Assembly (NCBI GenBank): GCA_963795855.1
Contig: CAWCIZ010000006.1
Span: forward strand, 64,001-128,000
DNA from: Vulcanimicrobiota bacterium
GTDB lineage: Bacteria; Vulcanimicrobiota; Vulcanimicrobiia; Vulcanimicrobiales; Vulcanimicrobiaceae
Length of the DNA: 64,000 bases
Direction: 5' to 3'
Numbering within the stretch: the stretch's first letter is position 1; each line of letters starts with the position of its first letter. The notes beneath the pieces were generated by a model. That model searched no databases. It was not told the DNA's origin and was given only the letters and a program-made list of their open reading frames with translations. A program made the translations under genes and the position numbers. Below are positions 1 to 9,163 of this stretch, one piece after another.

Positions 1-480
1 GCGTGCCGCAGCGGGACGCTCCGCGGGCGGCGAGACCGGCTTCGGCGGGGCGACGACCGGTTCGGGCGTTTCCTGCGCCGAGACGGCAGGCGTCGGTTCG
101 GGTTCAGGTTTCGCAGCGGGCGCGGCAGCCGGCTTGGCCGTCGAGCGGCGCGAGCTTGCAGCCACCGGTTTCAGCGTCGGTATCGGCTCCGCCGGCGCGG
201 GCGGAGGCTCGGCTTTCGGCGCGGCTTTGGGCGCTTCTACGCGTCGGGCGGCGGAGGGTGTCGCCGCGGGTGCTTCCTTCGGCTGCGCGGGCTGCTGCTT
301 TGCAGCGGGCTTGAGAAGCACGCTGCGCACGAGATCCGCGATATGATCGGGGACGACGCTCAGCTGGTTCTTCGCTTCGAAGATTCCGCCCAAGCGTTCG
401 TTGAAAAGGGTGATCAGCTCTTTCGAAGTGAGCCCTACCTCTTTCGCAAGTTCAAATATCCGAACTTTTCCGGTTGCCAA
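1..480 (-). CDS. infB: Translation initiation factor IF-2, N-terminal part (runs off window)
   Basis: Manual translation from TTG at 480 gives MATGKVRIFELAKEVGLTSKELITLF (IF2_N motif) then a Pro/Ala-rich linker. GAAAGG SD upstream. Follows rimP-nusA-ylxR. Confidence 0.9.
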   Translation of the reverse strand, partial: MATGKVRIFELAKEVGLTSKELITLFNERLGGIFEAKNQLSVVPDHIADLVRSVLLKPAAKQQPAQPKEAPAATPSAARRVEAPKAAPKAEPPPAPAEPIPTLKPVAASSRRSTAKPAAAPAAKPEPEPTPAVSAQETPEPVVAPPKPVSPPAERPAAAR

Positions 481-718
481 AGTCTGCCTTTCACGTTGCA
501 GGCGTGATGTTTCCCCTCAGTGAGGGGCGCCTGCACGTACCCTCATTTCATAGGCAGCCTCCCCGATCGCGCTTTCCCGCCGGGGACCCCGGCCGTTTGA
601 AGAGGCACTGCGCCGCGAGCGGCTGCGCGCCCCCCACACGCACTGCGCGTGGGGTCCCCAAAACGACCTTATACATGGGGTTTGCGTATCAGCATGTAAC
701 TGTCACAATTGTAATCCG

Positions 719-973
719 TTAGCCTAGTTTCAACCCGTATTCGGCGGCCGCGGATGCAAGCCCCGGATACTTTTTATTTTTTTCCGCGAGAGCGGCGCAT
801 TCCGCCGAACACAGATAGACGCCGCGCCCAGGTTGTCTCGTCCGGCCCGTGTCGGGTTGCCACGAACGCTGCCCCGCTCGAACGAAGCGGCGCATGGCTG
901 CTTGCGGATTCCGCTTGCGGCAGCCTGCGCATTGTCGAATCGGTCCTTCGATGGTCTTGGCGTCCGCGCTCAC
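719..973 (-). CDS. ylxR: YlxR/DUF448 family RNA-binding protein
   Basis: PIRQCAGCR...GRGVYLC...C motifs. GTG start overlaps the nusA stop. Canonical nusA-ylxR-infB position. Confidence 0.85.
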   Translation of the reverse strand: MSADAKTIEGPIRQCAGCRKRNPQAAMRRFVRAGQRSWQPDTGRTRQPGRGVYLCSAECAALAEKNKKYPGLASAAAEYGLKLG

Positions 974-2190
974 TCGCCCAAACGTTCGCGTTTGAACTCT
1001 TCGAGTTTGCGAATCAGCTCTTCGTCGATTCCCGCCGGCGCCGCGACCGTTTCTTCTTCGGCCACCACTTCTTCGACGACGGGCTCTTCGGTTTCGGGCA
1101 GCGTCTCCGTCTGCGCGTGCGCGCGTTCTGCGAGATACCGGTCGCGCGCCTCGGCGGCTTCGGTTTCGCTCGCGATGTCGAGCCGCCAGCCCGTCAATCG
1201 CGCTGCAAGACGCACGTTTTGACCTTCGCGCCCGATTGCAAGAGAGAGCTGATAATCCGGAACGACGACCAGTGCAACGCCGTCGTCCTCGAAGAGCTCG
1301 ACGTTGAGCACCTTCGCGGGCTGCAGCGCGTTCATGATGAACGCGACGTGATCCGGTTCGTAACGTATGACGTCGATTTTCTCGCCCCGCAGCTCGTCGG
1401 AAACGTTCGCGATGCGGCTGGATTTCGGTCCCAGACACGCACCGATCGGATCGATCTCCGCCCGGTTGCTTCGGACCGCGACCTTCGTTCTGCTGCCGGG
1501 CTCGCGCGCGATCGCCATGATTTCGACGAGGCCGTCTTGGATTTCGGGCACTTCAAACTCGAGCAATCGCTGCACCAGACCTTCGGCAGCGCGCGAGAGA
1601 ATCACGCTCGGGCCCTTCGGCGATTTGCGCACGTCGAGCACGTACGCCCGAATGAAGTCGTTGATGCGGAAGTTCTCGCGCGGCACTTGCTCGGAGAGCG
1701 GAAGCATCGCTTCGTCTTTTCCTTCGAGCAGCACGTACATGTTGCGCTGTTCGAAACGCTGCACCGTGCCCTTGACGATGTCGTTCAACTTCGCCGCGTA
1801 TTTGTTGTAGACGGTGTCGCGCTCCGCTTCCCGAATGCGCTGCACGATTACTTGCTTTGCCGTCTGCGCGGCGATGCGCCCGAAGTCTTTCGGCGTCACT
1901 TCTTCGTCGAAATAGTCGCCCACCTGATACTGCGAACCGGCGGCTTTCGGCGTCACTTCCAATTTCGGATCGCCGACTTCTTCCACGACGGTGCGGCGAT
2001 GGAAAACTTTGTATTCGCCGTTCTGACGGTCGACCGTCACGATCGCGTTGGCTTCGCTGCCGAAATGCCGCTTATAGGCGGTCAATAACGCCGCCTCGAG
2101 CGCCTCGATGAGCATCTCGAACGGAATATTCCGTTCTTTCGAGATGAACTGCAGGACGTCGATCAGCCGCTCTTCGGTTGCTTCAGGCAT
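970..2190 (-). CDS. nusA: Transcription termination/antitermination factor NusA
   Basis: FGRIAAQTAKQV, AREPGSRTKVAV, SLAIGREGQNVRLAARLTGWRLDI motifs. Confidence 0.98.
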   Translation of the reverse strand: MPEATEERLIDVLQFISKERNIPFEMLIEALEAALLTAYKRHFGSEANAIVTVDRQNGEYKVFHRRTVVEEVGDPKLEVTPKAAGSQYQVGDYFDEEVTPKDFGRIAAQTAKQVIVQRIREAERDTVYNKYAAKLNDIVKGTVQRFEQRNMYVLLEGKDEAMLPLSEQVPRENFRINDFIRAYVLDVRKSPKGPSVILSRAAEGLVQRLLEFEVPEIQDGLVEIMAIAREPGSRTKVAVRSNRAEIDPIGACLGPKSSRIANVSDELRGEKIDVIRYEPDHVAFIMNALQPAKVLNVELFEDDGVALVVVPDYQLSLAIGREGQNVRLAARLTGWRLDIASETEAAEARDRYLAERAHAQTETLPETEEPVVEEVVAEEETVAAPAGIDEELIRKLEEFKRERLGE

Positions 2191-2246
2191 GGTGTTTTCG
2201 TTCTTTCTTGTTTTTACAAGGCGTATCCGCGCTTCGCGCGGCGGTC

Positions 2247-2768
2247 TCAGGCATGACTTTTACGTTGCTTTTTGTCTCGCGTGAGATCGGACCGGATGTC
2301 GTATTCGAGGTTTGCGCGTTCGATGGTAGCGAGCGGGAGCGGCAATTCGCCTTTGCCCGTCTCCAGTATCACGTTCGTGCCGCGAACGCCGCGCAGAACG
2401 CCCCGATGCGTTTTCCCGCCCTGCACGAGCAGCGACGTAACGATTTTGGCGTCCCGTCCCGCGAAGCGTTCGTAATCGCCGGGCTTTGTCAGCGGGCGGT
2501 TCAAGCCTGCGGATTCGACTTCGAGCGTGTACGGTTCGTCGCACGTTTCGAGCCGCGCGTTGACCGCGCCCGCGACGCGTTCGCACGTTGCAACGTCGAC
2601 GCCGCCGTCGCGATCGATCGTTATCGAAAGCGCGGTCATGCGCCGTCCGCCGCGCGCGCTGTGCTGCACCACTTCGACGCCGGAGAAACGCGAATCGTGC
2701 ACGATATCGTCTATCGCGCGCTCGAACGCGTGAGTCAAAGGCCCGGCGGCCCCTCTCCGATTCTGCAT
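2247..2768 (-). CDS. rimP: Ribosome maturation factor RimP
   Basis: IDRDGGVD..CE and YTLEVESAGLNRPL motifs. Upstream of nusA. Confidence 0.93.
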   Translation of the reverse strand: MQNRRGAAGPLTHAFERAIDDIVHDSRFSGVEVVQHSARGGRRMTALSITIDRDGGVDVATCERVAGAVNARLETCDEPYTLEVESAGLNRPLTKPGDYERFAGRDAKIVTSLLVQGGKTHRGVLRGVRGTNVILETGKGELPLPLATIERANLEYDIRSDLTRDKKQRKSHA

Positions 2769-2780
2769 GTGCCCCTATCA

Positions 2781-2809
2781 ACAACGAAGCGCGGGACCTG
2801 CCCACGCTC
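2781..2809 (-). promoter_or_regulatory. rimP leader hairpin (putative attenuator)
   Basis: Minus strand reads GAGCGTGGG-CAGGT-CCCGCGCTT followed by CGTTGTT just upstream of the rimP SD. Resembles the GUGGG...CCCRC rimP leader hairpin. Confidence 0.55.
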
Positions 2810-2847
2810 GTACGACTACCGCACCTAAGAATACCCGAACATACGAC

Positions 2848-2875
2848 GGGCCGCAACCCCAAGTGGGTGCGGCCC
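2848..2875 (-). terminator. Strong GC hairpin closing the putative small RNA
   Basis: GGGCCGCA(A)CCC/GGGTGCGGCCC inverted repeat. The U-tract is weak. Confidence 0.5.
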
Positions 2876-3048
2876 CTCGATCCTATTCAATCGCTTTTTG
2901 AGCGCGCACGAACCGGTTACGTCCGGCTGCCGCTGAGCGCTTGCCTAGCGCTCTTATCTGGCGCGCCCGTTTGGGCTTCGGTAGCCCGGTGGATCTTGCG
3001 GTTCCAACCGCCCTCCTTATGTCAGACGCTCAAAGTCTCTCGTGAGAC
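2848..3048 (-). ncRNA. Putative structured small RNA (family not recognised)
   Basis: Lies between a sigma70-type promoter and a terminal hairpin. Has five short hairpins and a long-range TTTGAGCG/CGCTCAAA pairing. No credible long ORF. Confidence 0.5.
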
Positions 3049-3054
3049 AGCTCG

Positions 3055-3083
3055 ATTGTACGACTACGCGAGCAGCTCTACAA
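3055..3083 (-). promoter_or_regulatory. Sigma70-type promoter TTGTAG-N17-TACAAT
   Basis: -35 at 3083-3078, exact 17-nt spacer, -10 at 3060-3055. Confidence 0.7.
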
Positions 3084-3100
3084 GAAGCTGGCGTCACCAC

Positions 3101-4291
3101 TCATGGGCCACTGGTGGGCAGGGGAGAGGGTGGTGAGAACGGTGCCAAGCGCCCCGCGCAAATAAACGATTCGTTGGGCTCGATAATCCATTTTTGGTTT
3201 CCCGCGATCGGCGAACGCAGCACCCAACCGGTACACCAGTTGATGAAGCCGATGCGTTTGACCGACGTGACGTACATCTTCACGTACCGCTCTTCAGGCG
3301 CCGTACCGAGCCACGACTGCTTCCAACGTTGGGAAGCAACGTTCTCGACGTACAGGAACTTCGTTGCCGCGATGACGTCGGCGGGCGGCGTGGGCTCCGG
3401 CTGCGGCGTCGGCAAAATGCTGCCCATCGCGTAATGCTTCGGCGGCGCAGGCGATATCGACGGCGACGCGGTCGGGATGAGACTTCGCAGGCGCTCGTTC
3501 AAGCTTGGATGATGCTTCTTGCTCGGGACGGGGCCCGGCGCCGGCGCCGTCACCGGAACGGGCGCGGGCCGCGAAGCAGCGGTCACCTTAACGGGCGCGA
3601 CGGCGCGCGGGCCGGCAGAGCCGATGGGCTTCGGCCCGGGCGTGGCCGCCACACCGTGCTGGACGGTACGCACCGCAATCTTCACTTGGGAGGCTATGCC
3701 CGGCGTTGACAGGGGGACCGGCGAGGGTGCTTGAGCCGCGATCGGCGCCGCCGTCACCTGTATGACCGAAGGCGCGGGCTCGGGCGTGCGCGGGGTCGGC
3801 GTGGGCGGCACTTTCACCGCGACCGACACAGCCGCGGCCGGAGCGCTCGTCGGCACTTGCTGCGGGAGCGGCGCAGCCGTCACGGCGATGACGGCTTGCG
3901 TCGGAACCGGTTTCGGCGCCGGCGTTCGAAGCGGTGGAGGCGTTGGATTCGGAGGCGCGGTGGGCGCGAACTTCGAGAGCTCGTGTACGACGCGCGGTTG
4001 CGGCACAGCTTGCCGCTGCGGTGCGGGTTGCGCAGCTTTCGCCGACCGCGCCGGCGCGCTCGAGGATACCGGCCGTGCGCTTATCGTCATGATGACGGCG
4101 CCGCTGACCGATTCCGACGCCTGTTGCGACGAAGACGTCGCGATCGAAAACACGAGCAGCGCGAGCAGCGCATGCACTATCAGCGAGGCCACAAAACTGC
4201 CCGCCGTACGTTCCGGACGGTGCCGGTCGAGTGGGTCGCGTCTCAAACGCAGGACCCTTCGGGAGCTCTCGCGCACGAGCCTTGAGCCCAT
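3101..4291 (-). CDS. Proline-rich single-pass membrane protein of unknown function (start uncertain)
   Basis: TM helix ASLIVHALLALLVF (TonB-like S..H anchor), long Pro/Ala/Thr stalk, globular C-terminal domain. Confidence 0.7.
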   Translation of the reverse strand: MGSRLVRESSRRVLRLRRDPLDRHRPERTAGSFVASLIVHALLALLVFSIATSSSQQASESVSGAVIMTISARPVSSSAPARSAKAAQPAPQRQAVPQPRVVHELSKFAPTAPPNPTPPPLRTPAPKPVPTQAVIAVTAAPLPQQVPTSAPAAAVSVAVKVPPTPTPRTPEPAPSVIQVTAAPIAAQAPSPVPLSTPGIASQVKIAVRTVQHGVAATPGPKPIGSAGPRAVAPVKVTAASRPAPVPVTAPAPGPVPSKKHHPSLNERLRSLIPTASPSISPAPPKHYAMGSILPTPQPEPTPPADVIAATKFLYVENVASQRWKQSWLGTAPEERYVKMYVTSVKRIGFINWCTGWVLRSPIAGNQKWIIEPNESFICAGRLAPFSPPSPLPTSGP

Positions 4292-5720
4292 GGAAAAAAT
4301 TCAAAAACGCACGAAAATCGTCGCGACGCTCGGACCTGCGTCGCGCGATCCCGAGATGATTCGTTCGCTCGTTCTCTCCGGCGCAAACGTATTTCGTTTG
4401 AACTTCTCACACGGTTCGCCGAAAGAACACAGCGAGACGATCGACGCGATTCGGAAGGTCGCCAAAGACCTCGATCAGCACATTGCCGTTCTTCAGGATC
4501 TGCCGGGGCCGAAGGTGCGAACCGGCAAGTTCGCAGACGGGCAAACGTCAATCGTTCTTGAGCGCGGCAAAGCTTTCCAGCTGACGACGCAGGATACCGC
4601 GGGCACTCCCGAGCGCGTAGCCGTTTCCTATCACGATCTCCCGGCGGACGTCGCCGTCGGTAAGCGGCTGTATCTGCAGGACGGCGCGATCACGCTTCGC
4701 ATCCTCGACAAGAGCGCGACGGAAATCAACACGGTGGTCGAAGTCGGCGGAGAGCTTCGACCCCAGCAGGGCATCAATTATCCCGACGGCACGCTGAACG
4801 TCTCCGCGGTATCCGACCGTGACCTCGAACTGCTCGCTTTCGGCCTGGAAAAAGACGTCGACTACGTCGCGGTCTCATTCGTGCGCAGCGCCGACGATAT
4901 CCACCGCGTCAAGCAGTTCATGCGCGAACGCGGCAAGGCGCCGCACGTTCTTGCGAAGATCGAAAAACACGAGGCTTTGGACGACATCGACAATATCGTC
5001 GCCGCCGCCGACGGAATCATGGTCGCGCGCGGGGATTTGGGTATCGAAGTCCCGCTCGAGCAAGTGCCGATGATTCAGAAAGACTTGATCGCTCGGTGCA
5101 ATCGCGCGAGCAAACCCGTCGTGACGGCGACGCAGATGCTCGAGTCGATGACGTTCAACTCGCGCCCGACGCGCGCCGAGACCACCGACGTCGCGAACGC
5201 AATCCTGGACGGCACCGACGCCGTCATGCTTTCCGGAGAAACGGCGCGCGGCCAATACCCGATGGAAGCGGTGCGCGTCATGGCCGAAATCGCGCGCGAA
5301 GTCGAAAAACAGTACCCGCATGAAGTGCTGCAGCTGCGCCGGCTGGAAGGCGCCACCCGCGACATCGCGACGTCGATCGCAGAGGCGGCGACCCGCTCTA
5401 GCGCGGAGTTGCGGCTGCCGTACATCGTCACCGGAACGACGACCGGCAACGCCGCGCATCATATCTCCGCGTTTCGGCCGAAAGCGCAGATTATCGCGCT
5501 TACGCCGATGCCGGAAGTCGCGCGCCGGCTCGCGCTCCTTTGGGGCATCGAATCCATTCTGATCGAGCGCTACGCCTCGATAGACGTGCTGCTCCATATC
5601 ATGGAGCAGCGAATGTTGGCCGAAGGGCTGGCGGACCGCGGCGATTGCGTCGCGTTCACCACCGGTATGCCCGTCGGCGGCGGCGGCACGAATCTGCTCA
5701 AGATTCACGAGATTGCTTAA
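4290..5720 (+). CDS. pyk: Pyruvate kinase
   Basis: RTKIVATLGPAS, RLNFSHG, DGIMVARGDLG, TATQMLESM, DAVMLSGETA. Start set at ATG 4290. Confidence 0.98.
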   Translation: MEKIQKRTKIVATLGPASRDPEMIRSLVLSGANVFRLNFSHGSPKEHSETIDAIRKVAKDLDQHIAVLQDLPGPKVRTGKFADGQTSIVLERGKAFQLTTQDTAGTPERVAVSYHDLPADVAVGKRLYLQDGAITLRILDKSATEINTVVEVGGELRPQQGINYPDGTLNVSAVSDRDLELLAFGLEKDVDYVAVSFVRSADDIHRVKQFMRERGKAPHVLAKIEKHEALDDIDNIVAAADGIMVARGDLGIEVPLEQVPMIQKDLIARCNRASKPVVTATQMLESMTFNSRPTRAETTDVANAILDGTDAVMLSGETARGQYPMEAVRVMAEIAREVEKQYPHEVLQLRRLEGATRDIATSIAEAATRSSAELRLPYIVTGTTTGNAAHHISAFRPKAQIIALTPMPEVARRLALLWGIESILIERYASIDVLLHIMEQRMLAEGLADRGDCVAFTTGMPVGGGGTNLLKIHEIA

Positions 5721-5753
5721 CGGTAAAGGACCGCTCACAGCGAAACAGCGCGT

Positions 5754-6533
5754 ATGGATGCGATCGAAATTGAAGCCAACGTTCTTCCGCGGCTGACGCG
5801 CACAGCGTGGACCGAACCGTGGCGTATGCCGGCCCACGAACATTCCGATGCACGGCTCGTCGTTACGCTGTCCGGTTCATTCCGCGAATGCTATGACGGA
5901 AAGACTCATCAGTGCAGTCCCGGCACGCTGATCTCTAGACCTCCCGCTCAGAGGCACAGCGAGGAATTCACGACCGCCGCAGGTTCGTACGTCAGCGTGG
6001 CGCTTCCAAACGAGTGGCTCGCTTCGCACGTCGCCTCGCTCGGAACTTTGAACCTTGCCTCGCCGATTCGAAATGCAAGAATTTACGATATGGGCCGCTC
6101 CTTACTGATGGAAACTCGGCACGGCGACAACTGGGCATTGCTCTCGCTGCAAGGGCTGACGCTGCAGCTGCTCGCCGAGCTCGGGCGGTTCCGTCTGAAA
6201 GATCAAGCAAAGATGCCGGAGCGGATCGATCGCGTCTGCGAGGCGATCCGATCGCAACCGCCGGATCGCTCCTCGCTCGAATCGCTTGCTGCACTGGCCG
6301 GACTGCATCCGGCGCACCTTTCACGAGCGTTCAGAACGCACATGGGTATGACGCTCGGTTCCTATGCGCGGCTGCAACGTGTCGAATTCGCCCGCCACCT
6401 CCTCCAAACAACGGCAAAACCGCTCGCAGAGATTTCGGCGGAAGCCGGGTTTTTCGATCAGTCACACCTCTCCCGGACCTTCAAGCGCGCGTACGGCGTG
6501 ACGCCATCGGCATACCGCGCCTCCAAACGCTAA
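5754..6533 (+). CDS. AraC family transcriptional regulator
   Basis: N-terminal cupin (HEH) and C-terminal double HTH ...GFFDQSHLSRTFKRAYGVTPSAYR. Confidence 0.93.
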   Translation: MDAIEIEANVLPRLTRTAWTEPWRMPAHEHSDARLVVTLSGSFRECYDGKTHQCSPGTLISRPPAQRHSEEFTTAAGSYVSVALPNEWLASHVASLGTLNLASPIRNARIYDMGRSLLMETRHGDNWALLSLQGLTLQLLAELGRFRLKDQAKMPERIDRVCEAIRSQPPDRSSLESLAALAGLHPAHLSRAFRTHMGMTLGSYARLQRVEFARHLLQTTAKPLAEISAEAGFFDQSHLSRTFKRAYGVTPSAYRASKR

Positions 6534-6594
6534 TCTGGTACTAAAGCTGCGCTGGGTGCTAGACGCGCACGCCGGCATGGCCGAACATTAAGCG

Positions 6595-8364
6595 ATGCGC
6601 TTTGTACGTCTCTTGCAATTTTTCGTCGCATTCGGCGCTGTCTTGGCGACCGTTGCCGCGGCCGTGCGGCCCGCCCCGCAGCGGCCTGCATTTTCGTGCG
6701 CTTACCAAAGAGGTTCGGTAAGGAGCATATCGCTGGCCGGCGAGGCCGTCGTCGATGGACTCAGCCAACGGTTCAGTGAAACGTTCGATATCGACGACGG
6801 GCGGTACAAACGGTCGTGGCGCTCGGCGATGACGCCCCTGCGGGGCGGCGAAGGGTTCGACGGCTCGCACTGGTGGACGCAAGATCTTTCCGGCGCCTCG
6901 CACGATCTGAATGCCCCCGATGCGCGTGCGCTGGCAGCGAGCATTGCGTGGCTAAATGCTCAGATGTGGTGCTCGGCGCGGGCCGACGGTACGCTGCGCA
7001 TTACGCCGCCCGGCGGCGCGCCAGCGCTCGTATCGATCTCGAAACACCGAATATTCCGTGTCGCTCTTCAACTGCCTGAAGAACGCGAAATCGAAACGTA
7101 TTCCAACTGGCGAAACGTCCGCGGCATACTGGTTCCGCTGACGCGACATGTCGACTATCCGGAGGACGACGAACACGAGACTTGGGCAGCCGTGCGCGTC
7201 TTCGCGTCTTCCGCGCGACCTGCATCCGCCGTTTTTGCGAGACCGCCGACCGCGCACGATTCCGGCATTGAAAACGCCGCGACGAGTGCGGAAGTGCCGC
7301 TGCACATCATACACGACAAGCCGAGAATATCGGTCGCACTCAACGCGCGCGGTCCTTTTACCTACGTCCTGGATTCCGGCGGCCATTTCATCGCTACGCC
7401 GGCAACGGCACGCGCCGTCGGCGTGCAAGGCGTCGGAACGGCAAGCGAAACCGGTCAGGGAAGCGCCATTCTCCCAACTCGATTTGCGCGAATAACGCAG
7501 GTCCGCATCGGTCGTGCGTTCATGCGCGGGCAAGTTGCAAAAATCGTGCCGTATTCGCCGTCTCGACTGGAGCGCGAGTCTTTGCCTAGCGCCACGGGTT
7601 GGCTGGGCCTCGAAACGTTCGAGCGATTCCAGGTATCGTTCGATCCGCATCGCGGCGTACTCAGCCTAGCGCCTTTTTCCCGTACGGCGCGCCCGCGAGG
7701 CGTGCGCATTCCCCTCCTGTTTGACGAGGACGCGCCCCTTGCGGCTTGTACGGTAAACGGACGCGCTGGACTTTGTATGATCGATACGGGCAACGGCGGC
7801 AACACGATCGTCGAGGGAAACTGGGCCCGGAAAAATGGTCTTGAAGCCGCGATGAAGCGCGGCATTGCGGTCGGCGACGACACGTGGGTTTCGCGGGCCC
7901 GCATCGCAATCGGTCCGCTCAAATTCCCGGACGAACTGGTCGAGTATTCACCGCCCGCCGTGCGCGGATCTGAGTCGACCACGACCGTCGCCGCGATCCT
8001 AAGCGAAGACCTTCTGCGCCGGTACGTGCTCACGCTCGATTATTCTCGGTACGCGGCTTGGTTTGAGCGCATTCCGAACGCGAAAGCGGAGGCGTTCAAT
8101 CGAACGGGACTCGAGGCAGTGAAACAATCTGACGGCACGTTTCGAATTACGTTCGTCATCGCCGGATCGCCGGCCGCCTCGGCGGGAATTCGCGGCGGCG
8201 ACGACATTACAGCGATTGACGGAACGCCCAGCCGGAATATTTCGTCAGCGCAATTTTTTGCGTTGAACCGCGCACCGCCCGGTTCGCTCGCGACGTTCGC
8301 CGTCAGGCGGCTCGGGCGAGAACTCCCGCACCAGATCCGGCTTCGCCTTCGAAACCTGCTGTAA
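6595..8364 (+). CDS. Secreted aspartyl protease (two retropepsin-like domains) with C-terminal PDZ
   Basis: Signal peptide, VLDSGG and MIDTGN catalytic motifs, PDZ GSPAASAGIRGGDDITAIDG. Confidence 0.8.
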   Translation: MRFVRLLQFFVAFGAVLATVAAAVRPAPQRPAFSCAYQRGSVRSISLAGEAVVDGLSQRFSETFDIDDGRYKRSWRSAMTPLRGGEGFDGSHWWTQDLSGASHDLNAPDARALAASIAWLNAQMWCSARADGTLRITPPGGAPALVSISKHRIFRVALQLPEEREIETYSNWRNVRGILVPLTRHVDYPEDDEHETWAAVRVFASSARPASAVFARPPTAHDSGIENAATSAEVPLHIIHDKPRISVALNARGPFTYVLDSGGHFIATPATARAVGVQGVGTASETGQGSAILPTRFARITQVRIGRAFMRGQVAKIVPYSPSRLERESLPSATGWLGLETFERFQVSFDPHRGVLSLAPFSRTARPRGVRIPLLFDEDAPLAACTVNGRAGLCMIDTGNGGNTIVEGNWARKNGLEAAMKRGIAVGDDTWVSRARIAIGPLKFPDELVEYSPPAVRGSESTTTVAAILSEDLLRRYVLTLDYSRYAAWFERIPNAKAEAFNRTGLEAVKQSDGTFRITFVIAGSPAASAGIRGGDDITAIDGTPSRNISSAQFFALNRAPPGSLATFAVRRLGRELPHQIRLRLRNLL

Positions 8365-8368
8365 ACCG

Positions 8369-9163
8369 CTAGGGCCGCGTAATCACGCGCAGCGTATTGG
8401 TCGGCGACGTGTCCGGCGCGTGGAGGTTTCGTTCGGGGACCCAGACACCGCCCATTGCGTGCTCGATGTTTCGAATCTCCGGCACGCTCAGTTCGGGACC
8501 TTCCGCCGCCTGCATGACTTGATCGCCGTTGCGCCACGCGAAATTTTCGTGCTTCGCGATAATCGGTTTGCCGTCGCGGCCGATGCCGAGCGGAGTAAAC
8601 AGGTACTTCGGCGGTTTTTGCGCGGTCGCATCGTACCGGTCCGCCAGCAGAACGAACGTGCGGCCGCCGCTGCGCCGATAGGAAAACGCCACTTCGACGG
8701 GGCCTTTGCTCCATGTCTGCGTATGTTTGTCGAATATTCCCGTGGGCGTCGTCATGATTTCCGATCTAACGGCGTCGCTCGGTAAACCCGACGGCGCAAC
8801 GATTGTAAACGAAACCCGAGATTGCGCGTCGGCAAGCGTCTTTGCCGTTTCGGATTTGAGTTGTGCGAGTTCGCTCTTCGGCGGAGCGGGGGGCGCAATG
8901 CCCCCGAGCGCCTGCACCGCTGCGCGGTAGCGCGCTTCCAGGCTCTGAACGAGCGCCGGCGAGATCAGCGGAAGTCCGCACAACAGCACGGCCGCGACGC
9001 CTGCCGCCGCTGTAACGGGAATGCGTCTGTGCGGCGACCGCAGCGGCCCAGCAAACGTCCTGGCTTGCATGCGCCGGTGAATGCTCGCCATCGGCACCGG
9101 CGGAGCGTCGATCGCGCGCAGCATTCCGCGTACGCCGACTTGGATTTTCGAATCAATGGACAT
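8369..9163 (-). CDS. Putative anti-sigma factor (single TM)
   Basis: Overlaps the ECF sigma stop. Short cytoplasmic N-terminus, one TM helix, extracytoplasmic domain. Confidence 0.65.
   Translation of the reverse strand: MSIDSKIQVGVRGMLRAIDAPPVPMASIHRRMQARTFAGPLRSPHRRIPVTAAAGVAAVLLCGLPLISPALVQSLEARYRAAVQALGGIAPPAPPKSELAQLKSETAKTLADAQSRVSFTIVAPSGLPSDAVRSEIMTTPTGIFDKHTQTWSKGPVEVAFSYRRSGGRTFVLLADRYDATAQKPPKYLFTPLGIGRDGKPIIAKHENFAWRNGDQVMQAAEGPELSVPEIRNIEHAMGGVWVPERNLHAPDTSPTNTLRVITRP

Noticed and set aside
754..2088. Long antisense or alternative-frame ORFs (e.g. 754-2088, 15810-17294, 44612-46048, 56794-58134)
   Set aside because: They are shadows of real genes caused by GC-rich codon bias and carry no recognisable motifs.
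2880..3048. Assignment of the rimP-upstream RNA to 6S, T-box, glycine riboswitch or raiA motif
   Set aside because: Only short fragments resemble these (GGAACCGC, GAGAGAC, GATCCAC). The overall architecture does not fit by eye, so it is left unassigned.
3762..4289. N-terminal extension on pyruvate kinase
   Set aside because: It is the antisense of the Pro-rich gene (Gly/Ala/Val-rich shadow). Pyk homology starts at ATG 4290.
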